A stretch of DNA of 63,661 nucleotides, filler included, from Bacteroidales bacterium (GTDB taxonomy: Bacteria; Bacteroidota; Bacteroidia; Bacteroidales; CAIWKO01): the NCBI GenBank assembly GCA_035389045.1. It is 3 parts of 3 records of this genome, joined end to end, with 100 filler letters (N's around TTAATTAATTAA, not from the genome) between each part and the next. Parts side by side here need not be neighbours in the genome. Positions count along the whole stretch, not along the records: positions 1 to 26,346 come from DAOORA010000064.1; positions 26,447 to 52,683 come from DAOORA010000065.1; 1 more part is not named here. One strand, given 5' to 3'. This document shows positions 19,046-31,159 of the stretch, one piece after another. Within the stretch, counting starts at the first letter, position 1. Every line of letters begins with the position of its first letter. The notes beneath the pieces are model-generated. The model made no database searches, had not been told where the DNA came from, and saw nothing but the letters and a program-made list of their open reading frames with translations. The translations under genes were made by a program, and so were the position numbers.

Positions 19046-20653
19046 TTATTTGTTTGCAGAATTGTTTGTTATTTTCCAGACGGAAATAATACGGCTGTTA
19101 TAGGCCTTTATATTAAAAACTTCTTTGACATTGAAATTGCCCTGGAAGGTATAATCTTCTGGATGAACGCGGTAATTACTGACAAAATAATCAGGATTAT
19201 CGGTTCCTTTTTGTAAAAAAGTTATTCGTTCTCTGTCTTCAGGCCGGAGAATGTCAAGCGTGAAAAGGCCGGGAGGTATATTATAATAGACGACTACATG
19301 TTTGCGGTCATCGGTTTTTAATATGTACTCATATGCTTCTTTAAATGAAGTTCCCCAATAATCCAGTTCATAGTTTTTCCGAAGGCCTTCGCGCTTATTC
19401 TTTAACTTATAAACGACATCATTGAAATAAATCCCTTCGTAAGGGTGCAATCTGATCATCTGAGAAGCAATGAAACAAAATGTCACTCCGAGTGCTGCAA
19501 TTAAAACTTTTCCGAGCTTTCCCCTGATCCTTTGCCAGAGTTCATGTACCCCGTATGCCGCAATCAATACCAGGCCTCCGTAAACAAAAAAGACCTGCCG
19601 CCAATCATCGTATACCACTGATTTCATTATAACTATGATGGCTAAAGGCGAAATGAAGCATAAGAAAAAGAAAAAGGGGATCATAAAGTTTTTATCATTA
19701 AGCACACGCCATCCGTTGCGGAATATCTTAATCACCAGAAATACCACACCGGCTAAAGTCAGAAGCCAATACACAAGAGGTATGGTGATGATCATCCACC
19801 AGAGAATATGATACCAGGGCAGTTCATTGGATATATAAAATTTCCCCATAAACAGCACTGATCCGCGCCACCAGAAACTGGACATGGTAGAAAAGGAAGA
19901 TGCAAGTTTTCCGAACGGATCGTGCCACAAGATCGGCCATGTAATATATAAAACTAGAAAAGTGGTCGTCAGCAATAATAAAAACTGGATGGCTGTTTTT
20001 TTTGGCGACTCTTTTTTTATGTTAAACAGAAAGTCAATTATCCTGAAAATGGTGAAAAAAAACGGTAACATCAGCCCCATGATGCGAATATTAATCGTCA
20101 GGGCATATATTGCCCCAAGAATAATATAATCTTTATATTTATTGGAATACAGGGTTTTAATGGAAAAATAAATCGAAATAACCACCATGGAAAGAAAGGG
20201 CATATCCTTGGGGTTAAAAAAGGAATGGGCATATATACGCGGATTGAGCAAATAGATCAGTAAGGCGATGATGCCCAACCATTCGTTTTTCCAAACCTTT
20301 ACAACCAGCTTATACAGGAAAAAACCGGATAAAAGAAATAATAAATGATTGATCAGATGCCTGGATATCATAACATCACGGATATCGCTTATTATGCCGG
20401 TTTTTTCAAAGCCTATGCAGAGCCATTCAAAAAACACTCCGTAGCCACTCATACCCTTTGTATAAATGGATAGGTCGTGATGAAAAACGTAATCAAAATT
20501 CAACAGGCCATATTCCCGGTGAATTTTTTCGTCCCAACCCAAGCCGTAATCATTGCATACGATGATTCCAACAACCAGGAAAATAAAAAGCAGCACATAT
20601 ACGGCATTCTCTTTTACCTTAGGATTAATCGAAAATGGCTTTTGTTTTCGCAT
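19046..20653 (-). CDS. GT-C fold multi-TM glycosyltransferase (ArnT/PMT-like, polyprenyl-phosphate-sugar donor)
   Basis: DYGLGWDE first-loop motif, many TM segments, HSFFNPKD, YDDWRQ, periplasmic tail with YELDYWG. Confidence 0.78.
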   Translation of the reverse strand: MRKQKPFSINPKVKENAVYVLLFIFLVVGIIVCNDYGLGWDEKIHREYGLLNFDYVFHHDLSIYTKGMSGYGVFFEWLCIGFEKTGIISDIRDVMISRHLINHLLFLLSGFFLYKLVVKVWKNEWLGIIALLIYLLNPRIYAHSFFNPKDMPFLSMVVISIYFSIKTLYSNKYKDYIILGAIYALTINIRIMGLMLPFFFTIFRIIDFLFNIKKESPKKTAIQFLLLLTTTFLVLYITWPILWHDPFGKLASSFSTMSSFWWRGSVLFMGKFYISNELPWYHILWWMIITIPLVYWLLTLAGVVFLVIKIFRNGWRVLNDKNFMIPFFFFLCFISPLAIIVIMKSVVYDDWRQVFFVYGGLVLIAAYGVHELWQRIRGKLGKVLIAALGVTFCFIASQMIRLHPYEGIYFNDVVYKLKNKREGLRKNYELDYWGTSFKEAYEYILKTDDRKHVVVYYNIPPGLFTLDILRPEDRERITFLQKGTDNPDYFVSNYRVHPEDYTFQGNFNVKEVFNIKAYNSRIISVWKITNNSANK

Positions 20654-20796
20654 ATTAAAGTATTTGAGAAAACGAAATTAGTACTTTTTTGAAAAACACT
20701 AAAAAAAATACGGATACCACACAATTTCCGCCAAAGAGTATTGTGCGAAAAGCAGAAGCTGTTTTTATTGGTCTGAAACCGCTACGGAGTCAGCGA

Positions 20797-21876
20797 TTAG
20801 TTCCTGTTTAAGGCATTAAGGTCATTGAAGGCCACCTTTAAGCGTTCGGCAAGGAACTTTTCGCCGTTACGGAGCCATGCCCGGGGATCGTAGAATTTTT
20901 TGTTCGGCTTATCGGCTCCTTCGGGATTACCCAGCTGCCCCTGCAGGTAGGCTTCATTTTTTTTATAATAATTCAGTATACCATCCCAGAAAGCCCATTG
21001 AGTATCTGTATCGATGTTCATTTTGATGACTCCGTAAGAAATGGCTTCCTGAATTTTTTCAGGTTCCGAGCCTGAGCCTCCGTGAAACACAAAGTTCACC
21101 GGGTTAGACACAGTATGAAACTTTTCTTCGATATATTTTTGTGAGTTATCAAGAATTACCGGTTCCAACTTGACATTTCCGGGTTTGTACACGCCGTGGA
21201 CATTGCCAAACGAGGCAGCAATCGTAAAACGACTGCTTATCCCGCTTAACTGTTCGTAAGCATAGGCGACATCGGCAGGCTGGGTATATAGTCTTGAACT
21301 GTGAATATCGCTGTGATCAACGCCATCTTCTTCGCCGCCGGTAATACCCAGTTCGATTTCGAGCGTCATCCCTATTTTACTCATACGTTCGAGATAACTC
21401 TTACATGTTTCGATATTTTGTTCCAGCGGTTCTTCGGAAAGGTCGAGCATATGCGAACTGAACAACGGCTTTCCGTATTGCTTGTAAAACTTTTCCCCTG
21501 CATCAAGCAAACCGTCAATCCAGGGCAACAGTTTTCTGGCTGCATGATCCGTATGAATTATCACCGGAATGCCGTAATGTTCCGACATCATGTGAACATG
21601 CATCGCACCGGCAATCGTACCGGCGATAGCAGCTTTTTCACCGGTATTATCAAGAGATTTGCCTCCGAAAAACAAGCCTCCGCCATTGGAAAACTGTATG
21701 ATAACAGGCGAATTAACTGCTTTGGCCGCCTCCAGAACAGCGTTCACCGAGTTGGTACCTACCACATTCACAGCAGGTAAAGCAAATTTGTTCTGCTTGG
21801 CTGCGTTAAAGATATATTGAAGATTTTCACCGGTAACAACACCGGGGCCGACTTTGCTTAATATACTTTCTGACAT
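20797..21876 (-). CDS. fbaA: Class II fructose-bisphosphate aldolase
   Basis: HTDHAARKLLPWIDG, SSHMLDLSEE, EIELGITGGEEDG, FGNVHGVYKPG, VFHGGSGS, KMNIDTD, KKFYDPR. Confidence 0.97.
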   Translation of the reverse strand: MSESILSKVGPGVVTGENLQYIFNAAKQNKFALPAVNVVGTNSVNAVLEAAKAVNSPVIIQFSNGGGLFFGGKSLDNTGEKAAIAGTIAGAMHVHMMSEHYGIPVIIHTDHAARKLLPWIDGLLDAGEKFYKQYGKPLFSSHMLDLSEEPLEQNIETCKSYLERMSKIGMTLEIELGITGGEEDGVDHSDIHSSRLYTQPADVAYAYEQLSGISSRFTIAASFGNVHGVYKPGNVKLEPVILDNSQKYIEEKFHTVSNPVNFVFHGGSGSEPEKIQEAISYGVIKMNIDTDTQWAFWDGILNYYKKNEAYLQGQLGNPEGADKPNKKFYDPRAWLRNGEKFLAERLKVAFNDLNALNRN

Positions 21877-21897
21877 ATCGTTATATTTAAATATTTG

Positions 21898-22134
21898 TTA
21901 TTCTGCTAAAACAATGATTTTGTTTTTTTTCAGCTCAACAACGCCGCCGTTTACCTCAAAAAAATTGTGTTTGTTTTCGGCGTCGGTGATCCTGATCTTT
22001 CCTTTTTTCAGGACGGCGACCATAGGAGCGTGATTGTTCAGTATCTCAAAGGAACCTTCTTTGCCCGGAAATTTTACTTTTTTGATTTCGCCTGAAAAAA
22101 TAGTAAACTCAGGTGAAATAATTTCAATAAACAT
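21898..22134 (-). CDS. atpC: F0F1 ATP synthase epsilon subunit (short form)
   Basis: IEIISPE, PGKEGSFEILNNHAP, GGVVE; downstream of atpD. Confidence 0.93.
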   Translation of the reverse strand: MFIEIISPEFTIFSGEIKKVKFPGKEGSFEILNNHAPMVAVLKKGKIRITDAENKHNFFEVNGGVVELKKNKIIVLAE

Positions 22135-22217
22135 AATTTATTTGGTTAATAATTTTTGAAAATATCTGATATTTCATTTTAATGGCTGATGGGTTAGGCA
22201 ACTGGTCAAGTCTATTG

Positions 22218-22634
22218 TTATTGGTTGATAGCGTTTTTTTGCTCAGTGAATTTTGTACATGCGATCGACAGGTTATAAGTCTGTCTGCTAATTATGTCAT
22301 ATGAAGAAATTAATTCATTACAAATAGCTAAATCTACGAATTGTGGATATAAACCCCTCGTCTGACACAAAGAAACTATTGTTTCGTTAGATTCCGCCAG
22401 GGCATCATCTAAATATTTTTGAAATCCCTTCTTCTGATGTCTTTTGGAATGTCCTTCTGCAATTAATCGAGGTATCGCTTTTGATGATCGCTGAAACTGG
22501 TCCCTCAAATCAAATTTTTCTTCAGGTGGAAGTTTTGGAAGGATATCTTTAAAAACTTTCAGCATAGCAGTATAAGAATTTTGGTAAACATCCAGATCAT
22601 GAAAACTTCGTATTTTTTTCTTTACCTCTTCCAT
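22218..22634 (-). CDS. Four-helix-bundle protein (23S rRNA IVS protein/S23-like family)
   Basis: SFHDLDVYQ, LPPEEKFDLRDQ..RSS..IPRLIAEG, ALAESNET. Confidence 0.88.
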   Translation of the reverse strand: MEEVKKKIRSFHDLDVYQNSYTAMLKVFKDILPKLPPEEKFDLRDQFQRSSKAIPRLIAEGHSKRHQKKGFQKYLDDALAESNETIVSLCQTRGLYPQFVDLAICNELISSYDIISRQTYNLSIACTKFTEQKNAINQ

Positions 22635-22723
22635 TTCTATTTACTATTAACATTAACCCAAACTAGCAGCCCAACCTATTTACCTTCTACAAATATAGTA
22701 ACTACTTATCTCAACAGGGTTTA

Positions 22724-24232
<1,509 letters not shown>

Positions 24233-24284
24233 CTATAAAGTTTCGTATTTCGTGATTGAATTTGTTTTTTTCATGCCTACCCAG

Positions 24285-24343
24285 CAAAATTACATTTTTT
24301 AAAAATAAAAAATGATTTGCATAGAAAATATCTTTTATTTTTG
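24285..24343. promoter_or_regulatory. Divergent Bacteroidota-type promoters for atpD and ribF
   Basis: Minus-strand TAATTTTG at 24285-24292; plus-strand TTTG at 24316-24319 and TATTTTTG at 24336-24343. Confidence 0.55.
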
Positions 24344-24368
24344 CTGAAATATCATTATTTCCGATATA

Positions 24369-25307
24369 TTGAAGGTTATTCATAATATTAATGATTTTCC
24401 CCGCGAACTTGCATCAGCAGTTTCCGTCGGAACTTTTGACGGCGTCCACAAAGGGCATCAGGCCATCATCCGCCGGATGACTGATATTGCAGAACAAAAC
24501 GGGCTGGTATCCGTCATACTTACATTCGATCCTCATCCGCGGTATGCCTTAAAAAAAGATGACGACAAACTGAAACTGCTTTCCACCACAGCAGAAAAAA
24601 TCGCATTGCTGGAACGGGCAGGAGTTGATTATGCTGTGTTGATAAACTTTTCGGAAGAATTTGCCAGAATCTCTTACGAAGAATTCATAAAAGATTATCT
24701 GTCTGATCGTTTACATGCCAGATTCATTGTTATCGGGTTTGATCACCGTTTTGGCAGCAAGCGTTCGGGCGACCACCTGAAACTTATTGATTCAAAAGAA
24801 AAATATGGCTTTTCGGTTGTTGAAATTTTAGCACAAAATGACGACGGTTCTGCCATAAGCTCAACCCGGATCAGAAAGTATATCGAAAACCAGCAGGTGG
24901 AACAGGCCAATAAGCTGTTGAATTACACATACAGCATAGGAGGAACCGTAGTACGAGGAACCAACACAGGAACAAAACTCGGGTTTCCTACAGCCAACCT
25001 CTGTGTTGATGATACCTGCAAGTTGATCCCGGCCAACGGCGTATATGTTGTAAAAGTTAAAATAAAAAATGTTTTTTATTACGGAATGTGCAATATCGGC
25101 TTTAAGCCTACTTTTGAAAAACAAGCGCTGACCATAGAAACCCATATTTTTGATTTTAATAAAGATATATACGGGCAATATATCCGCATCAGTTTTATCT
25201 CGTTCATGAGAGATGAACAGAAATTCGAACATATCAGCCTGCTGAAAGCCCAACTGGAAATAGACAAGCAAACGATCATCAAAAAAATTAATGAATCCCG
25301 TCCATAA
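24369..25307 (+). CDS. ribF: Bifunctional riboflavin kinase/FAD synthetase
   Basis: GTFDGVHKGH, TFDPHP, GFDHRFG, ISSTRIR, LGFPTAN, NIGFKPTF, ETHIFDF. Confidence 0.96.
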   Translation: MKVIHNINDFPRELASAVSVGTFDGVHKGHQAIIRRMTDIAEQNGLVSVILTFDPHPRYALKKDDDKLKLLSTTAEKIALLERAGVDYAVLINFSEEFARISYEEFIKDYLSDRLHARFIVIGFDHRFGSKRSGDHLKLIDSKEKYGFSVVEILAQNDDGSAISSTRIRKYIENQQVEQANKLLNYTYSIGGTVVRGTNTGTKLGFPTANLCVDDTCKLIPANGVYVVKVKIKNVFYYGMCNIGFKPTFEKQALTIETHIFDFNKDIYGQYIRISFISFMRDEQKFEHISLLKAQLEIDKQTIIKKINESRP

Positions 25308-26049
25308 ATCCCTGCCGGTATTTTTTCTTTCCGGCATACTTACCTGTTTCGGCATCATCGCTGTACAGGCACAGCATAATGATACCGCCGCCATCGACAC
25401 CGAAAGGATATTCACCTCGCTTGATGAAGCTTTACAGGCGCCTTCAGCAGTTTACCGGCTAAACCTGCAAAGGAAAAAACTCACACAGATACCCGCTGCG
25501 GTTTTTTCTCTGGAAAACCTGGAAGAACTTGATCTTTCGCATAATAAAATCAAGGAAGTTCCTTCGCAGATCGGCAGCCTGAAAAACCTTAAAATCCTTA
25601 ACCTTTCGCATAACAAACTCAACGAACTGCCACCGGAAACCGGCGACTTGAAAAGTCTGACTATACTGAATCTTTCGAAAAACAAACTTTTTTCGCTGCC
25701 GGTAACTATCGGGTTGTTGCCAGGACTGTCGAGTCTCGACGCTTCAAACAACAAAATAACCATGCTGCCCTCCACCATCGGTAATTTACATCAGCTGAAA
25801 ACCCTTGTATTAAACCAGAATCTTCTTACAGCACTGCCTGCTGAGATCGGTAATCTTGTTCAACTAAACTACCTTGACCTCTGGGGCAATGCCATTACGG
25901 TATTACCTGAAGAGATCGGCAAACTGGCACCTGTCCTTAAAATACTGGATATGCGCGTAATGGCGATCAACTTTGAAAAACAGAAACACATTCAGAACCT
26001 GCTGCCCGAAACCGAAATATACTTTTCAAAAAGCTGCAACTGCCAGTGA
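25291..26049 (+). CDS. Secreted leucine-rich repeat protein
   Basis: Signal peptide then 23-aa repeats LxxLxxLNLSxNKLxxLPxxIG. Confidence 0.9.
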   Translation: MNPVHKSLPVFFLSGILTCFGIIAVQAQHNDTAAIDTERIFTSLDEALQAPSAVYRLNLQRKKLTQIPAAVFSLENLEELDLSHNKIKEVPSQIGSLKNLKILNLSHNKLNELPPETGDLKSLTILNLSKNKLFSLPVTIGLLPGLSSLDASNNKITMLPSTIGNLHQLKTLVLNQNLLTALPAEIGNLVQLNYLDLWGNAITVLPEEIGKLAPVLKILDMRVMAINFEKQKHIQNLLPETEIYFSKSCNCQ

Positions 26050-26135
26050 TTTTTAACTTTGGGCCGGCTTAATGGACATTTTTCAGGTAAGAATCTCTGT
26101 ACGTATTATTACTCGTACCGTTGCATAAATCCCAA

Positions 26136-26233
26136 ATTCCGCATTAAGAATTTTCTAATGCGTAGCATTAGGAATAATTAAGTATAATTAACTGTTTTTA
26201 AATAACTTATAATGTGGATTTTTAATGCGGAAT
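26136..26233. repeat. ~100-bp element with 12-bp terminal inverted repeats (MITE-like)
   Basis: attccgcattaa (26136) ... ttaatgcggaat (26233); internal hairpin ctaatgc-gta-gcattag. Confidence 0.55.
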
Positions 26234-26346
26234 CGACAAAGTAAATGTAATCCCGGCAATTAAAAATTGCCAGGAACATTTACTAAGTCGGCTTGCCTGC
26301 TGCAAGCAGGGATTACCCAGATTCAACCCACAATCCTGCGCGCTAC

Positions 26347-26446
26347 NNNNNNNNNNNNNNNNNNNNNNNNNNNNNNNNNNNNNNNNNNNNTTAATTAATT
26401 AANNNNNNNNNNNNNNNNNNNNNNNNNNNNNNNNNNNNNNNNNNNN
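26347..26446. other. Artificial contig linker
   Basis: N-run, TTAATTAATTAA (stops in all frames), N-run; identical structure at 52684-52783. Confidence 0.97.
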
Positions 26447-29400
26447 GAGTGACGGTGTACACGACGGTGACAACAGAGTCGGTGGTATTGGTCAGCGTGT
26501 TTCCTATAGCGGCGAGGTTAGTTCCTGCGGCTTCCCCTGTGATTTGTGCGACATTGGGGCTGGGCCATGAATACGTTGTTCCGGCCGGTATCATCCCATC
26601 GGTACCGTTGACCGGTGTTATCAGGAAGGCAGCGCCGCTGCAGATGCTGGTCGTGAAATTATTCACCGAAGGTCCGGGATTCACGGTAACAGAAACGGTA
26701 AACGTATCTCCAATGCAAGTGCCGGTTGAAGGCGTGATGATGTACACCACGTTTATGGCCGCATTGGTCGTGTTGGTAAGTGTTCCGGAGATATTAGCGG
26801 CGTTGTTTCCTGCTGCAGTACCGGTAATGCCGGCAACAACTGGAGCCGTCCATGAATAGGTTGTTCCTGCCGGAACAATCCCGTTGGTGATATTTACCGG
26901 GGTCACGGTGAAGCTGTTTCCGCTGCATACTGCAGCAGATATGTTGTTTACAGCAGGTACGGGCTTAACATAAATGTTGACGGTAAATATAGTTCCGGTG
27001 CATGTACCGGATGAAGGTGTAATAGTATAGGGAACATTAGCAGCGGCATTGGTGGTGTTGACCAGTGTACCGCTGATATTGGCTGCATTGGTTCCTGCTG
27101 CTTCACCGGTAACGGCGGCCACATTGGGAATCGGCCATGAATAGGTTGTTCCGGCGGGAACAGTGCCGTTGACTGCATTAACCGGCGTTACCGTAAACGT
27201 CTGTCCGCTGCAGATGGTGTCGTATATGCTAGTAATAACGGGTTTGGGGTTTACAGTCACCGAAACGGAGAAAGTATCTCCGATACAGGTACCGGCGCTG
27301 GGGGTAACCACATAGGTCACCGTTATCGGGGCATTGGTGGTATTAGTCAGTGTCCCGGTGATATTGGTGGCATTTGTTGCGGATGCAGCGCCTGTAATTC
27401 CGGCAGCAGCAGGCGCCGGCCAGTTGTACCTTGTTATCGCAGGAATAATACCATTTGTTCCGTTTACGGGAGTGAATAAGAAGCTGTTTCCGCTACAGAT
27501 TGATGTTGCATAGTTTGTATTGCTGGGCTTAGGGTTAACGTTAATGGTCACCGTGAAAGCATTGCCGGTGCATGATCCTGCAGTGGGTGTTACCGTATAT
27601 ATGACACTGATGTTTGCATTGGTTGTATTGGTCAGCGTACCACTGATAGTATTAGCATTGGCGCCGGCGGCAGTTCCGGTGATGCCCGCAACCACAGGAG
27701 CAGCCCAGGAATAGATGGTATTGGCAGGCACTATGGTTGTAGTGGGAGTGACAGTGAACACATCACCGCTGCAAATGGTATTGGTAATATTAGCCACGGC
27801 AGGTTTCGGGTCGACAGCAACAGTAACTGTGAAAGGCGCTCCTGTGCAGCTGCCCCATTTGGGCGTAACGGTGTACACTATATTGACTGCCGAATTGGTG
27901 GTATTGGTCAGCGTGTTTCCTATAGCGGCGAGGTTAGTTCCTGCGGCTTCCCCTGTAATTTGTGCGACATTTGGGCTGGGCCATGAATAGGTGGTTCCGG
28001 CCGGTATCATCCCGTCGGTACCGTTGACCGGAGTTATGGAAAAAGCAGCGCCGCTGCAAATGCTGGTCGTGAAATTATTCACCGAAGGTCCGGGATTAAC
28101 GGTAACAGAAACGGTAAACGTATCTCCAATGCAAGTGCCGGTTGAAGGTGTGATGATGTACACCACGTTTATGGCCGCATTGGTAGTGTTGGTAAGTGTT
28201 CCGGAGATATTAGCGGCGTTGTTTCCTGCTGCAGTACCGGTAATGCCGGCAAGCACAGGAGCCGTCCATGAATAGCTTGTTCCGGCAGGAACAATCCCGT
28301 TGGTGGTATTTACCGGGGTCACGGTGAAGCTGTTTCCGCTGCATACCGTGGTAGACATATTATTTATAGAAGGCACAGGCTTGACATAAACACTTACGGT
28401 GAATGCTGTTCCGTTACAAGTTCCGGCTGAGGGTGTAACGGTATAGGCAACATTGGCAGCGGCATTGGTGGTGTTGACCAGTGTGCCACTGATCGTCGAG
28501 GCATTGGTTCCGGCTGCTTCACCGGTAACAGAAGCCACATTGGGAGCCGGCCATGAATAGGTTGTTCCAGCCGGAACAATACCGTTGACCGAATTGGCAG
28601 GAATTACCGAAAAGGTCTGTCCGCTGCAGATGGTATCGTACATCATGGTGATAGCGGGCTTGGGATTGACGGTCACCGTTACGGAAAAGGTATCGCCGAT
28701 ACAGGTACCGGCGTTGGGGGTAACCACATAGGTCACCGTTATTGGTGCATTGGTAGTATTTGTCAGCGTTCCGGAGACACTGGTTGCATTTGTTCCGGAT
28801 GCAGCGCCCGTAATTCCGGCAACGACAGGCGCCGGCCAGTTGTACCTTGTTGTCGCGGGAACAATGCCGTCAGTTCCATTGACGGGAGTGAACGAAAAAC
28901 TGCTGCCGCTGCAGATGGATGTCGAATAATTTGTAATGTCGGGCTTGGTGGTAACATTAATGGTCACCGTAAAGGTATTACCGGAGCAAGAACCTGCTGT
29001 AGGTGTGACGGTATAAACGACACTGATGTTTGCAGTGGTTGTATTGGTCAGCGTACCGCTGATAGTATTGGCATTGGCGCCGGCGGCAGCCCCGGTGATG
29101 CCGGCAACTACAGGGGCTGCCCACGTGTAGGTAGTATTGGAAGGCACGATAGTCGTGGTGGGTGTGATGGTAAATGCATCACCGCTGCAAATGGTATTTG
29201 TAATATTGGTTACGGCAGGCCTGGGGTTGACAGTGACCGTAACCGAAAACGTCGTCCCTGTGCAGTTTCCTGATTTTGGGGTGACGGTGTACACGACATT
29301 GATCGGGGCATTTGTGGTGTTGGTCAGTGTTGCTCCAATATTCGCGGCATTGCTTCCTGCCGCATCCCCGGTGATTCCGGCAATATTCGGGTTGGGCCAT

Positions 29401-30815
29401 GAGTAGGTAGTTCCTGTGGGTACAATGCCATTGATCCCATGGGCAGGAGTATACAGGAATGAACCTCCACTGCATAGTGAGATGCTGGTATCTGCTATGG
29501 ACGGCATTGGGTTGACAAGGACATTGACTTTGAAAGTATCACCCGGACAGTTTGCATTGATCGGGGTAACGATGTACGGCACATTAATGGCTGAATTGGT
29601 GGTATTGGTCAGTGTCCCGCTGATCCCGGAAGCATGGTTTCCGGCTGCAGTGCCTGTGATGCCCGGGACATTGGGCGCGGCCCAGGAATAGGTAGTTCCT
29701 GCCGGTACGGTGTCAAAGCCTGCATTGACCGGTGCATAAATAAAAGGCACTCCGCTGCAGGCAGAAATGGTATGATTACCAATAGAAGGAAGGGGTGTTA
29801 CCGTCAGCATAGTTACAAAAACACTGTCACACCCACCGGGTATGGCAAAGGTATCCAGATGCGCTCCCGGAGTGCTATACGTGTGCCCGTTAATGGTATA
29901 GGTCTGACCCTGGCAGATCGTCTGCGGATTGGTGACTGAAGGAATCTGATCCACAGTAAGTGTGTGTGTGATGGTATCTTTGCAGCCGTTAAAAAATGTA
30001 ACCACTAATGAAACATTATAATTGCCGGCAGTTAAATAGATATGAGACGGGTTTTGCTCTGTGGAGCTGTATCCGTCGCCAAAGTCCCAGCGCCAGTTGC
30101 TGATGCTGGCCGGAAAGTTGGCCTGTGTTGTGGAATCATGGAACTCAATGATGCCCGGACAAATATGCGTGTATCCAAAATCGGGAAACAGTGGCGTTTG
30201 TATTCCCCATGTAAAATTCTGGTAAATCTCAGAGGAATAGGTATAAGCAGAAATACAGGTAAAGGTGCCCGGGAACACTATTACACAATAACCTTCTGCT
30301 CCACGCAGGCAGGTATCATTGATATAGGTCATGTTACCAGAAGTATAAATAACACTGTATTCAGCGGAAAAACTCACCGTCACAGGTATGGTTGAGGCTC
30401 CGAGAGAAGAGAATAGCAATACTGGGTTCGTCACAGGTTGAGAGAAGCAGATGGTGGTTACTCCGCCTGCGCCAAAATTTGTTGCAGGAACCGTGGTATT
30501 AGGCGGTCTGTCTGGAAATCCTGAGAAAGCGGAATTCCAATTAAAAATTCCACCTGTGAAAAAAATGTTATAATTGGATGTCAGCGTCAGGCCAAACAAC
30601 TGTCCATTATTGTCGATGGTTGAAGTTGCTGTATTGGTATTTCCCTGATTTGTCCAGGTCGCCCAGTTATAACCATAACAATTCTGAGCAATGGCTGAAT
30701 ATTTAAACGTTGTGAGTAACAGCGCAAGAAATATCAGCGTAGTTTTGAATAAAACAGAATTAAAACTGAAAAAATTTTTTCTGACTGATCTATAAAGGGT
30801 AAATTTTTTTTTCAT
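26447..30815 (-). CDS. Large secreted adhesin-like protein with a PKD domain and tandem PKD-like Ig repeats (3' end lost at contig edge)
   Basis: Signal region; PKD WRWDFGDGYSSTEQNPSHIY..AGNYNVSL; ~12 repeats of ICSG...GTTYSW.AP...ISGTLTNTT...YTVTP..G.C.G..F.VTVTVNP. Confidence 0.88.
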
Positions 30816-31159
30816 AAACAAAAAATTAAAAATCACAATGCTTTGTCGGGTTAGTTTCAAATGTCTTTTTGTTTATCTCTTAGAGTGTCTGTTCATCCTT
30901 CAAATACATTATTAAAAAACACATAATTAAAACACACAATATATAAATTCATTAGGTATGAATTTTCAAAAGTAATTCAAATTTTGTTTTTTTTCAAAAT
31001 AATGATAAAAAAATGCAACCATATACAAATATATTCAAGAGAAAAGTGCATACTAATAAACATTTTTGTGTGACATTCCTGAATAATTTAAAAAACGTAA
31101 TTCATATCACCAGTATTTGGTTTAAAGATTAAAAAGAAAGAAAAAGAATGCCTGTTTTT

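Noticed and set aside
24861..25415. 184-aa antisense ORF and the many other ORFs overlapping long genes
   Set aside because: Shadow frames of well-supported genes
26347..26446. TTAATTAATTAA palindrome within Ns, also at 52728-52739
   Set aside because: Artificial linker; ORF ends reading ...LIN and any linkage across it are artefacts
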